DNA of 64,000 bases from an uncultured Alphaproteobacteria bacterium (GCA_902607475.1 CACLKH010000002.1:20872-84871); one strand, 5' to 3'; positions 38,520 through 48,254 are shown, numbered from the stretch's first letter. Notes: generated by a model not told the origin, from the sequence alone. Made by a program: numbers and translations.

Positions 38520-40412
38520 ATGAAAGAAAATTTTTTTTTAAAAAAAAGTACAAATTTTATTCTTTGTAATCCCTTTTATTTTTTTTTAATATTTCAAATA
38601 TTAATTTATAGTGTGTTTCTTTTTCCTACTGAACATGCATTTGAACAGTCGCATGACAAATTAGATTCTGTTTTTTCATATTGGGTTGTTAGGTCATTTC
38701 AAACAAACTTTTTTTTTGATTTTAATTATGTAATACCAAACTTTATTGAATCCTATAAATTAAATTATTTACATATAGGCGATTTGTCGCTTCCTCAAAA
38801 TTTGTTTTTAATATTTGATCCTCCAGAAGCTTTTGTAGTTAATTCAATACTTCTAAGGCTAATTAAATATTTAGGAATGTACTTACTTTTGACTGACTAT
38901 ATTCTTGATAAGTCGCATACATCAAAATGGTATGCTTCTGCAACAGCTTTTTGTTTTTCAATTGTAAAATTTAACATGTTTACTTTAGGAACAGTTTCTT
39001 GCTTGCCTTTATTTATATGGGGAGTATTAAATTTTTATAATAATAAAGAAGTAGTTATAAGTTCATTAGCTGTTCTAGCATACCCTTTTCTATCACCTTT
39101 GGTTTATGGAGGATTTGCAGCTTGTTTATTTATATTTATATTTCATATAATTAAATGTTTTTATTTAAAACAGAATGAGCAAAAGTTTTGGGTATTAGTT
39201 TTCAGTTTTTTTATTCTTTATATTTTAATTGAATCTAGGAGTATATATTCAGTTTTATTTGATGATTACGTTTCACATAGGCTTGATAGTTGGAATGTTT
39301 TAATAAATTTTAATTTTAAAAAATTATTTTTAGATTTTGTAGTAATTTTTTTTAAATCTTCACATACACATCATATATCCCATCATTATCCTCTAATTAC
39401 TATAATTACTTTTTTAGGTTTACTTACCTTGTTTTTGATGAAAAAAAAAATACAAATCCGTAATTTTTTATTAGAAAAGAAACTGTATTTATTGATAATA
39501 TTTTTTTTAATTTTTTTATCTTCTTTGATATCTTCCTTAGATATACAATTGAAGATTGCTTATAATTTTTTTGGCATTCCTCTTGATTTAACTAGATTAG
39601 ATATATTCCTTCCAGTTTGCTGGTACTCATTATTTTGTATTTCTTTATTTATAATTGGAAATAGTTATAAAAAAATAGGAACAAGATTTTTAAATCCTTT
39701 TATAATTATAATTTTTTCTGTTTTTTCTATTTTGCAATTTCCTGGAATTAAAGAAAATATAAAAAAAGAATTAAATATTGAAAATCACGTCGGTCTTAGA
39801 TATTTTTTTATAAATAAATATTTTCCTAGTGTTCTTGATCTAGAATTATCTGAACCTCTAACTGGTTTATACAAAACTTACGACCCTGAAATTCCAATAC
39901 CGTTACATAATCTTAAAAGAGGAAAAATATATAGATCTTCAGGTGTTTATATGCTTAAAGATTATTATGAATTTGAGAATTTTTCTAAGATAAAAGAAGA
40001 TTTACAATTAAAATTAAATTTAAACTTAAATAATTTTAAAACTTTGAGTTTTTTTATTTCTCCTAGTATTGCCCAATACCATGGCTTTTATACTCTAGAC
40101 GGTTTTTTTACTGATTATCCTTTAGAATATTGGTTTAAATTCAATAAACTTTTTAAAAAAGAATTTCAAAAATCAGGTATTAAAATTAATGAAACTAACC
40201 CAAGAAATGGTCTTTTCTCTTTTATATCACCCTTTAGTTTCGAAGATAAAAAAATTAAAAAACTTTCATTCGATACATGTTTGTTCTATAAAATGAATGG
40301 AAAGGTTATTTTTTCTTTTTTTGAAATAGAAAATCATAAAGAAATAGGTTTGAACTTTTTAAATGAATATGGAAATATTAAAGTTTACTACATAGATTAT
40401 TTTAATTGCTAA
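38520..40412 (+). CDS. Large polytopic membrane protein with a C-terminal soluble domain (YfhO/DUF6044-like architecture, unassigned)
   Basis: About 630 aa from the ATG at 38520 (MKENFF..). Multiple helices followed by a hydrophilic region of about 200 aa. Confidence 0.4.
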   Translation: MKENFFLKKSTNFILCNPFYFFLIFQILIYSVFLFPTEHAFEQSHDKLDSVFSYWVVRSFQTNFFFDFNYVIPNFIESYKLNYLHIGDLSLPQNLFLIFDPPEAFVVNSILLRLIKYLGMYLLLTDYILDKSHTSKWYASATAFCFSIVKFNMFTLGTVSCLPLFIWGVLNFYNNKEVVISSLAVLAYPFLSPLVYGGFAACLFIFIFHIIKCFYLKQNEQKFWVLVFSFFILYILIESRSIYSVLFDDYVSHRLDSWNVLINFNFKKLFLDFVVIFFKSSHTHHISHHYPLITIITFLGLLTLFLMKKKIQIRNFLLEKKLYLLIIFFLIFLSSLISSLDIQLKIAYNFFGIPLDLTRLDIFLPVCWYSLFCISLFIIGNSYKKIGTRFLNPFIIIIFSVFSILQFPGIKENIKKELNIENHVGLRYFFINKYFPSVLDLELSEPLTGLYKTYDPEIPIPLHNLKRGKIYRSSGVYMLKDYYEFENFSKIKEDLQLKLNLNLNNFKTLSFFISPSIAQYHGFYTLDGFFTDYPLEYWFKFNKLFKKEFQKSGIKINETNPRNGLFSFISPFSFEDKKIKKLSFDTCLFYKMNGKVIFSFFEIENHKEIGLNFLNEYGNIKVYYIDYFNC

Positions 40413-40414
40413 GA

Positions 40415-41653
40415 ATGGAAAAATTTTCTAAAACAATTGATAGATGCCAAATATCTGGAAAAAAGGATTTAAAAACAATAATATCATTAGGTTTTTTACC
40501 ACCTGTAAATAAATTAAGAAAGATTAATAGCCTTTCGCATGAATCAATTTTTTTTCCTACAGATCTAAAATACTCAAAAAGTTCGAAATTGGTTCAATTA
40601 ACTAATATTGTAGATAAAACAATATTATTTCCTAAGGAATACCCTTATACCAGTAGTACTACAAAAATATTAAGAGAAAATTTTAAAGAATTATATAATG
40701 AATGTTCAAGACTTTTTGATTTATCTCAAAATGATTTAATTATAGATATTGGTTCTAATGATGGAAACTTATTAAGTAATTTTAAAAATAATCATAAAGT
40801 TTTAGGTGTAACGCCTGAAGATATTGGAAAAATTGCAATAAAAAAAGGTATTAAAACTCTAATTAAATATTTTGATGAAAAAACATCAAAATATGTTTTA
40901 AAAAAATTTGGAAAAGCGAAAATTGTAACTGCAACTAATGTATTTGCTCATATAGAAGATGTAGATAAATTAATGAAAAATATTTTAAGAATTTTAGATA
41001 ATGACGGTATATTTATTACAGAGTCTCATTATTTAGTTTCTCTTATTAAAACTTTACAATATGACACTATTTATCATGAACATTTAAGATACTATTCTTT
41101 ACAAAGTTTAAAATATTTATTTGATAAATATGGGCTAGCGATTATACATGCAAAAAAAATTCCAACGCACGGGGGTTCTATTAGAGTATATGCAGCTCAG
41201 AAAGGTAAGTTTAAAATTTTAAACTCAGCAAAAAAAATTTTAAGTTATGAAAAAAAATATATTAATTGGAAAAATTTAAATAAATTTAAGGATGATGTAA
41301 TTAAATCAAAATTAAATTTATATAAAATATTAAGTGGAATTAAAGAAAAAAAACAAAAAATTTATGGTGTAGGCGCTCCTTCAAGAGCGAGTACACTAGT
41401 TAATTATTTAGGATTAACTAACGAAATAATAGAAAATGTTTGCGAGATTGAAGGTTCGTACAAAATTGGAAATTATATGCCAGGAACAAACATACCTATT
41501 GTTTCTGAAAAAAAACTTTTTAAAGAAAAACCTTCTTATGCACTTTTATTGTCTTGGCATATTTCTGATGAATTAATATTTAATTTAAGAAAAAAAGGTT
41601 ATAAGGGAAAATTTATTATTCCACTTCCAACACCTAGAGTAGTTTTAAAGTAA
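40415..41653 (+). CDS. NDP-sugar C-methyltransferase family protein (TylCIII-like, three-domain)
   Basis: N-terminal C..SG....LGFLPPVN region. SAM motif IIDIGSNDGNLL. C-terminal C-methyltransferase domain (YGVGAPSRASTLVNYLGL). The ATG at 40415 lies 2 nt after the upstream stop. Confidence 0.8.
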   Translation: MEKFSKTIDRCQISGKKDLKTIISLGFLPPVNKLRKINSLSHESIFFPTDLKYSKSSKLVQLTNIVDKTILFPKEYPYTSSTTKILRENFKELYNECSRLFDLSQNDLIIDIGSNDGNLLSNFKNNHKVLGVTPEDIGKIAIKKGIKTLIKYFDEKTSKYVLKKFGKAKIVTATNVFAHIEDVDKLMKNILRILDNDGIFITESHYLVSLIKTLQYDTIYHEHLRYYSLQSLKYLFDKYGLAIIHAKKIPTHGGSIRVYAAQKGKFKILNSAKKILSYEKKYINWKNLNKFKDDVIKSKLNLYKILSGIKEKKQKIYGVGAPSRASTLVNYLGLTNEIIENVCEIEGSYKIGNYMPGTNIPIVSEKKLFKEKPSYALLLSWHISDELIFNLRKKGYKGKFIIPLPTPRVVLK

Positions 41654-41669
41654 ATAAAAGAAAGAAAAA

Positions 41670-42617
41670 TTAATTATTTTTTATAATTTTATTTATACCT
41701 GAATCTAAATTATATTTTTGTTTAAACCCAAGATTTTTTATTTTTCCAGTATCAGGACATCTTATTTTTGTAGAACCTTCTCGTAAATTTGTATGTTTTA
41801 AATTAATTTTTTTATTTTTTAATTTTGCAATCTTTAAAGCTAATGCCTTAATCGAAATTTTTTCTTCAGTCCCGATATTATAAATATTTAAATGTTTTCC
41901 TTTTTTTAATAAAAGTTCAAAAGCTTGAATAAAATCATCAATAAAAATAAAAGATCTTATTTCTTTACCTGAACCCTGAATTACAAACTTTTTATTTTTT
42001 TTGTTAATTTTTTTTAATCTACTAATAAATTCTGGAATTACATGTTCATTTCCCATATTTGGTCCATATACATTATGCGGACGAAAAATAATTAATTTTT
42101 TAAAAAATTTTTTTCCGTAATGAACCCCCATTAACTCTGATAATATTTTTCCGCCTCCATAAGAATATCTTGGATTAAAAATATCAGGAATTTTTAAAGG
42201 TTCATTTTCATTAGTTGGTATTTTATTTGGTGTTTGATATACCTCTGAACTTGAAGCAATATACAATTCTTTTATTTTATGATTAATGCATCCTTCAAAT
42301 ATATTTAGATTACCCTTGATAGCTACATCTAAAACATCAACAGGTTTAGAATAGAAGTATTTTGTACCATTTATATATGCTAAATGAATTACAGTATCAA
42401 TATTTTTTAATACTTTATTTAATTGATAATAATTTCTAATATCACCCTTTACAAATTTCACTTGTTTTTTTATCGATGATAATCGTTTTAAGTCTCCTCG
42501 AGTATTGTTATCAAAAATTGTAATTTGATAACCTAATTTGATAAGTAAATGACATATATTTGAACCTACAAATCCTGTGCCTCCAGTTATAAGAAATTTT
42601 TTATTTTTTTTTGACAT
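41670..42617 (-). CDS. NAD-dependent epimerase/dehydratase (extended SDR, UDP-glucuronate decarboxylase/4,6-dehydratase-like)
   Basis: ITGGTGFVGSN Rossmann motif, SSSEVY, Yx3K (YGGGK). I prefer the start MSKKNKKFLITGG at 42617. The track's longer start would overlap the upstream GT2. Confidence 0.85.
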   Translation of the reverse strand: MSKKNKKFLITGGTGFVGSNICHLLIKLGYQITIFDNNTRGDLKRLSSIKKQVKFVKGDIRNYYQLNKVLKNIDTVIHLAYINGTKYFYSKPVDVLDVAIKGNLNIFEGCINHKIKELYIASSSEVYQTPNKIPTNENEPLKIPDIFNPRYSYGGGKILSELMGVHYGKKFFKKLIIFRPHNVYGPNMGNEHVIPEFISRLKKINKKNKKFVIQGSGKEIRSFIFIDDFIQAFELLLKKGKHLNIYNIGTEEKISIKALALKIAKLKNKKINLKHTNLREGSTKIRCPDTGKIKNLGFKQKYNLDSGINKIIKNN

Positions 42618-42637
42618 AATTTTTAAAATAATAAATT

Positions 42638-43363
42638 TTATACTTTTTCTGGTCCTTTTTTTAACCAAGTTGTCCCTAATCCATAGAAATACCATTTAAG
42701 ATATTGAGGTAGCCATTTAAAGATTTTAAATCTACTTGAGCCTTCACATCTTTCTACCCAAATAGCTGGAATTTCAGATATTTTAAATCTTAACCTATTG
42801 CATTTGACTAATAACTCTAACGAATATGCAAAACCTTTCTTTGATTCAATTTTTACTGCATTTATTAATCTTCTTGAAAATAGTCTAAAACCATTACTTG
42901 CATCTTTTACAGGAATACTTGAGAGTAAATAAAGAGAATTTGATGCTAATTTTATAAGGATAGATTTTATTATTGGACATCCTGTCATAGAACCTCCTTT
43001 TACAAATCTACTAGCAACAACAATATCGTTTCCATTGGTAAATTCTTTATACATCTCATCTAATATATTATGATTTTCAAAATCATCTGCTGGGTAAACA
43101 ATAACACATTCAGATTGATTATAATTCATTCCACTAATAACTGCTGTACAAGGTCCTTTTTCAAAGTTTTTTACAAGATGTATTTCAAAATTAAATTCTG
43201 AAAAATTTTTTTTAAAATTAAAAACATCATCTTCATCATTGTCATAACATAATAAAACTCTGAAAGGTGTTTTAACATGATCTTGAAAATTCTTTAAAAT
43301 TTTTAAAATATTTTTGCCTTCATTAAATATTGGAACAATTATATGTATAGGTAATTTATTCAT
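42638..43363 (-). CDS. Family 2 glycosyltransferase (polyprenyl-phosphate sugar synthase-like)
   Basis: IIVPIFNEGKNI, CYDNDEDD, YPADDF and ASRF motifs. Confidence 0.8.
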   Translation of the reverse strand: MNKLPIHIIVPIFNEGKNILKILKNFQDHVKTPFRVLLCYDNDEDDVFNFKKNFSEFNFEIHLVKNFEKGPCTAVISGMNYNQSECVIVYPADDFENHNILDEMYKEFTNGNDIVVASRFVKGGSMTGCPIIKSILIKLASNSLYLLSSIPVKDASNGFRLFSRRLINAVKIESKKGFAYSLELLVKCNRLRFKISEIPAIWVERCEGSSRFKIFKWLPQYLKWYFYGLGTTWLKKGPEKV

Positions 43364-44111
43364 ACTTTTTTTTTATTTTGTTAAATTTTTTTACATTTAG
43401 TGAAGCATCTTTAGCTATATATAAATTTAATTGTTTCATTAAATTTTTCCTTAAAAAAGGTTTCAATTCTGGTAAATATTTTTTATATATTTTATAATCT
43501 GATATTTTTTTACCACCAACATTAATAACTCCCTTGAAATCCGATTTGATTAAATAATATAAATATTTAACTAAAACATTAACTTCAATTTGCGATGTAT
43601 AAATATCTTTTGCTGAATATTTATATTTTAAACTTTGTTTATCAAAGAAACGAGTTCTAACAATAATATAATCATCAACTAATTTTATAAAAAACTCTGA
43701 TGCTAATTTTGTCCATCCATATATATTATATGGGCACAGGTCGCTATCTTCACTGTAATTTCCTTTAATAGAATTATAAACAGCATCAGTTGATATATGT
43801 ACTAATTTAATTTTATTTTTATTTTTATAGTTGTATTTTAATATCTCTTTTACCAAATTAGATGTTCCATTAATATTTACTTCAATAGCCTTATTTGGAT
43901 TATTTTCACAATCCTTTATTCTTGCCATAGCTGCACAATTAATAATTATTTCAATTCTTTTTTTATTTATTATTTTGTAAATTGACTTTCTTTTTAACAG
44001 ATCAAATTCTTTTCTTTTAGGGGCATAGATATTATTAAAAAAGTTAGAACTTAAAATTTTAGAACCTAAATTTCCAGTACCCCCTATGAGTAAAATATTC
44101 TTTTTTATCAT
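43356..44111 (-). CDS. Short SDR, RmlD-substrate-binding-domain-like NDP-sugar reductase/epimerase
   Basis: GGTGNLGSK Rossmann motif, STDAVY, YGWTK (Yx3K). Confidence 0.65.
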   Translation of the reverse strand: MIKKNILLIGGTGNLGSKILSSNFFNNIYAPKRKEFDLLKRKSIYKIINKKRIEIIINCAAMARIKDCENNPNKAIEVNINGTSNLVKEILKYNYKNKNKIKLVHISTDAVYNSIKGNYSEDSDLCPYNIYGWTKLASEFFIKLVDDYIIVRTRFFDKQSLKYKYSAKDIYTSQIEVNVLVKYLYYLIKSDFKGVINVGGKKISDYKIYKKYLPELKPFLRKNLMKQLNLYIAKDASLNVKKFNKIKKKYE

Positions 44112-45319
44112 TAAATAAATTTACAATTGTTTTTTTTACTAGATAGGAAACCCCAAACGTCAATTACAGTTTTACCTTTTAGATTCAATTTTTTGTAAAT
44201 ATTATGTGGAGAACATAAAATTATTAAATTACTTTTATTAATAACTTCATTTAGCGGTTTTAAATTTTTATCAACATTGACATAAGGATCAGTTGTCAAA
44301 ACATCTTTAGCATTAATTTCTAATTCTTTTTTTAATTTATAACTTAATGAATCTCTAATATCATCACTATCGGCTTTAAAAGCCATTCCCAATAATCCAA
44401 TTTTTAATTTTGATATTTTGAAAGTTTTAGTTATTTTTTCATGCAAAAATAAAACTAAACCTTCGTTAACTAACATTGCTTGATGGCCAATTGAAAATTG
44501 GTTTTTATAAAAAGAAGTCAGTTGCATTGTATCCTTAAGTAAACATGGCCCAGCAGAAAAACCTGCAGAAGGAATATTATTAGCACGAGAATAATCTTGT
44601 TTCATGATTTCATTTATTTTTTTATAACTAGCTCCTGCAGCTGAAGATATTTGATAAAATTGGTTTGAAATTGAAAATTCTATATATCTATATGCATTGC
44701 AAAATAATTTACTTAATTCTGCTTCAATTGGAGATGCTTTTACTATCTTTTTTGATATTTTTGAAAAAATTTTAGAAGCTTTTATAAATGCTTTTTCATT
44801 AAAAAAACCTATAATTTGTGGGACTTCTTTTATTTCTTTTATTGCTTTTCCTTGTACAACCCTTTCAGGACAATAAACAATATCAACATCTTTTTTTCTT
44901 TTTGCTATATATTTATTAAGCCAATCAGTTGTATTAGGAGATACGGATGATCTTAATATAATAAGCTGACCTTTAGATAAATAAGGTAAAATACTATCTA
45001 TACATTCTTTGATTACTGAATGAATAGGATTCATGTATTCATCAATCGGTGTTCCAATACAAATAATAATAATATCTTTTTTTTTAATTTCTGAAATGTG
45101 ATTTGAGATAGAAAAAGTTTTTTTTTTTAATATTTTATTTAATAAATTTTTTCCACCTTCTTCTTTATAAGGAAATATTCCATCATTAATTTTCTTTAAA
45201 TTTTCTTTATTTATATCATAAATTGATATTGGAAAATTTGCATTAGCTATACATAAAGAAAGTGGCAAACCAATATGTCCAGCACCGCCTATAACAATTA
45301 TCGATGGTTTTTTAGTCAT
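44111..45319 (-). CDS. Nucleotide-sugar dehydrogenase (UDP-glucose/GDP-mannose dehydrogenase family)
   Basis: GGAGHIGLPLS N-terminal NAD motif, a central GFSAGPCLLKD catalytic-Cys region and a C-terminal GMAFKADSDDIR domain. Confidence 0.88.
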   Translation of the reverse strand: MTKKPSIIVIGGAGHIGLPLSLCIANANFPISIYDINKENLKKINDGIFPYKEEGGKNLLNKILKKKTFSISNHISEIKKKDIIIICIGTPIDEYMNPIHSVIKECIDSILPYLSKGQLIILRSSVSPNTTDWLNKYIAKRKKDVDIVYCPERVVQGKAIKEIKEVPQIIGFFNEKAFIKASKIFSKISKKIVKASPIEAELSKLFCNAYRYIEFSISNQFYQISSAAGASYKKINEIMKQDYSRANNIPSAGFSAGPCLLKDTMQLTSFYKNQFSIGHQAMLVNEGLVLFLHEKITKTFKISKLKIGLLGMAFKADSDDIRDSLSYKLKKELEINAKDVLTTDPYVNVDKNLKPLNEVINKSNLIILCSPHNIYKKLNLKGKTVIDVWGFLSSKKNNCKFI

Positions 45320-45323
45320 TTTA

Positions 45324-47375
45324 TTATTTAAATATAGTACTTGGAATTTTTTTTACCCATTTTTTTATCATAGGTATAGTAAAAAGAGTATTTGTAGACA
45401 TTGCGCATTCATAAGTACACTTACATTCTGTTTTATAAATCCAAGATCTTAATTTTTTTGCTTTATTTGAAAAGAAAAGATCTTTTATTGAAGATTTTTT
45501 GTTCATTGATATTTTTCCAAGATTATCTGATAAAATTTCGCAACTTTTAAGAGATCCGTCTTCCATTATCACATAACTAAGATTACCAGCTGTGCACGGT
45601 GTAACAAATTTATTAAATTTGGCAACATTATAAATAAGTTCTTTTTGAAGAATTTCTTTAAGCATTAAAATTTTTGATCCAAAAAAACTATAATGAGTTA
45701 ATAGCCCATCAAAAATATATTTTTTATATGTATCAACAGTTTTTTTATAATTTTTTATAAGTTTATTTGGTAATGGCGGATGCTTGAGTGAATGATATCT
45801 AAATAAATTTATTGAAATTGCAGATGGATTAAAACTTTTAACTAAGGTTTTAATAAATCCAGGACATTCTTCAGAATTTTGAGGCGTTACTGTTATAATA
45901 AAGTTTAAATATAAATTTTTATATAATTTTTGAAGTTTTTTTAAGTTATTGAAAGTTTTTATTACTTGATCATAAGATCCTTTTCCCCTTATTTTATCAT
46001 GTATTTTTTTTGGTCCATCTAAAGAAAAAAATAAAATAAAATTACCTTTTGGATCAGATTGTAATATTCTCAATGTATCATTAAACGTTTTTTCAGAATA
46101 CCACCCATTAGTTGGAAAAGAAAAAACCTTAGGCCTGCAATTTTTTTTTACTAACCCAACTAATTCAGATAAATCTTTCCTTATAAACGGCTCACCACCT
46201 GCTAGCGAGTACCATAATACTGGACCTATTTCTTTAGTTGTTTTGTTTAAAAGATCTAGATTCATCTCTCCAGGGTCTGGAGCATCTAAAGTTTCTTTAT
46301 AAAAACAATGTTGACATCTTAAATTACATCTAGCAGTGACATAATTAATAATTTGAATTGGTAAACCATTTCTAATTAAAATTCTTTTTAAGCCAACTAA
46401 TAAATCAAAAAATGAAATACAATTATATTTAATTTCATTAATCAACCATTTAAAGAAAGAAAAAGTTGTTCCAAAAATGGTAGATGAGCCAACTAAAATA
46501 ACTGTGAAAATTGATTTAATAAAGTCTGGTATATTATTTTTGTAATAAATTTTTTTTAATAAAAAAGTTTGAAGAATAAAAAAAATAAAAAAAATAGACC
46601 AAAAAAAATTATTAATAAACATTAATGGAGCTATTAAAAAGAATAATCCGGTTAAGATATAAGAACTTTTTAATCTTATAGGCAAATTAATTCTATTTTT
46701 AAGAATTTTAGGATATAAAAACCGCCCTTGGAGAGCATGATTTGATTTATTTAAATAATCTTTTAAAAGACTTATTAAATTAAATTTTTTTAAATGAGTA
46801 GCTTGAAAGCTTGGATCAAATTTTATTTTGTAACCTAATTCTTTACAACGATAAAAAAATTCAATATCTTCATATCCTTTTAGAAATTCATTAAATCCTC
46901 CAGATTTATCATATATTTCTTTTTTAATTAAAAAATGTGACGATGAAAATATTTGATTTTTTTCTGTACCATTTAATAGTCTGTAATTTAAAGTAATATT
47001 CTGAAATTTTGAAAAGAAGTTTTCACCAATTTTATCATCATTATATTTTCCACAAACTATATCAAAATTTTTCAAAGGAAAACTCTGAAGATAATTAGTT
47101 GTTTTTGTTTCAATTAGAACATCATCATCTATAAAGAAAAGATATTTACCAATTGCATTTTTTGCTCCCAAGTTCCTTGTTTCTGAAACATTTTTTAAAT
47201 TTTTAAGGTTTATAAACTTTACTATTGGTTTGTTTATTTTTATATTTTTAATATTAGTAATTATTATAATTTCTTTAAAATTTATTTTTAATAACCTTTT
47301 TAGAATTTCATTTAAGTTTTCTTTTCTAGTTAACGGTATAACAACGGATGTATTTTTAAGCCAGTTTTCTTTCAT
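45324..47375 (-). CDS. Fusion protein: family 2 glycosyltransferase, membrane helices, then a radical SAM/SPASM-like domain
   Basis: N-terminus: VVIPLTRKENL, FFIDDDV, GYEDIEFFYR. Middle: hydrophobic helices (LFFLIAPLMFINNFFWSIFFIFFIL, IFTVILVGSSTIFGTTFSFF). C-terminus: CNLRCQHC, LAGGEPF and the Cys-rich tail PCTAG..SCEIL..CKCTYEC. Confidence 0.8.
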   Translation of the reverse strand: MKENWLKNTSVVIPLTRKENLNEILKRLLKINFKEIIIITNIKNIKINKPIVKFINLKNLKNVSETRNLGAKNAIGKYLFFIDDDVLIETKTTNYLQSFPLKNFDIVCGKYNDDKIGENFFSKFQNITLNYRLLNGTEKNQIFSSSHFLIKKEIYDKSGGFNEFLKGYEDIEFFYRCKELGYKIKFDPSFQATHLKKFNLISLLKDYLNKSNHALQGRFLYPKILKNRINLPIRLKSSYILTGLFFLIAPLMFINNFFWSIFFIFFILQTFLLKKIYYKNNIPDFIKSIFTVILVGSSTIFGTTFSFFKWLINEIKYNCISFFDLLVGLKRILIRNGLPIQIINYVTARCNLRCQHCFYKETLDAPDPGEMNLDLLNKTTKEIGPVLWYSLAGGEPFIRKDLSELVGLVKKNCRPKVFSFPTNGWYSEKTFNDTLRILQSDPKGNFILFFSLDGPKKIHDKIRGKGSYDQVIKTFNNLKKLQKLYKNLYLNFIITVTPQNSEECPGFIKTLVKSFNPSAISINLFRYHSLKHPPLPNKLIKNYKKTVDTYKKYIFDGLLTHYSFFGSKILMLKEILQKELIYNVAKFNKFVTPCTAGNLSYVIMEDGSLKSCEILSDNLGKISMNKKSSIKDLFFSNKAKKLRSWIYKTECKCTYECAMSTNTLFTIPMIKKWVKKIPSTIFK

Positions 47376-47483
47376 TTTTATATAAAAAAAGAAGTTTAAT
47401 TCATAGTATATTGTAATTTATAATTTTTTTTAAATTTATTTGTTTGTCTTTTATTAAAATTAAGAATATTTAGAAAGATTAAA

Positions 47484-48254
47484 TTATCTTTTAATTATTA
47501 TTGCTTGACCAGTTAAATTATAAGAGAAAAAATTATCTTTATTTTTTCTTATTTTATTCACAAAATTTGTAACACCCTCCGTAGTATGATAGCCATAATC
47601 ATCAAAAACTATAACTCCATTTTTTACCATTTTATTCCACACCCAATTATAACAATCTTTTGTAGAATTATATGAATCAACATCTAAATGACAAAAGGCA
47701 AACTTTTTATTTTTGAAACTATTTTTAAAATCATCTGGAAATATACCTTTTACTACTTTTGTATTTTTTAAATTCATTTTTTTTATTAATGCAATTACTG
47801 TTTCCTTTGATGTATCAGATACTTGATGATCTTTAAAATAAGGATCTTTTTTTGAAGTTTTTTTAATTCCAGTGAACGAGTCGCATAAAAAAATTTTAGA
47901 TTTTAAATTTAATAAAGCTATTTTTTTTGCAATTAAACAACCACTTCCACCTTTCCAAACACCGATTTCAATTATATCCCCATTCAAATGAGAAACTTCA
48001 TCAATTAATTGCCACAAATTATAAAGTCTATAAAAATCACACTTTGTATTTTTTTTTATTTGTTTTAGAGTTTCCTGAAATTTTTTATCTAATTTCCATG
48101 GTGTATAAAAACTTTCTGTAATAATAAAGGAGTGTTTTTTTGTATTTATGTCTGAATAAAATAAATATAAAAGAAAAAATAAAAACTTTCTTACTATATC
48201 AATAATTAATCTAGCCAAAGAAAGTTTTAAATGTATTAATTTATCTTTTTTCAA
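47484..48254 (-). CDS. TylF/macrocin-O-methyltransferase-family SAM-dependent methyltransferase
   Basis: GDIIEIGVWKGGSG and HLDVDSYNSTKDCYNWVWNKMVKNGVIVFDDYG match the TylF family pattern. TTG start, N-terminal hydrophobic helix. Confidence 0.7.
   Translation of the reverse strand: MKKDKLIHLKLSLARLIIDIVRKFLFFLLYLFYSDINTKKHSFIITESFYTPWKLDKKFQETLKQIKKNTKCDFYRLYNLWQLIDEVSHLNGDIIEIGVWKGGSGCLIAKKIALLNLKSKIFLCDSFTGIKKTSKKDPYFKDHQVSDTSKETVIALIKKMNLKNTKVVKGIFPDDFKNSFKNKKFAFCHLDVDSYNSTKDCYNWVWNKMVKNGVIVFDDYGYHTTEGVTNFVNKIRKNKDNFFSYNLTGQAIIIKR

Noticed and set aside
47277-47281. By my manual base counting, the A-run at the 47280/47281 line break looks one base longer than the intact GT2-radical SAM reading frame allows. 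The codon phase I read on the two sides differs by one.
   Set aside because: The supplied ORF track, computed from the sequence, reports one uninterrupted 683-aa ORF (45324..47375), and its translation matches both sides perfectly. A counting error of mine at the line boundary is more likely than an error in the track. It is still worth a quick automated re-check, because two other homopolymer frameshifts exist in this window.
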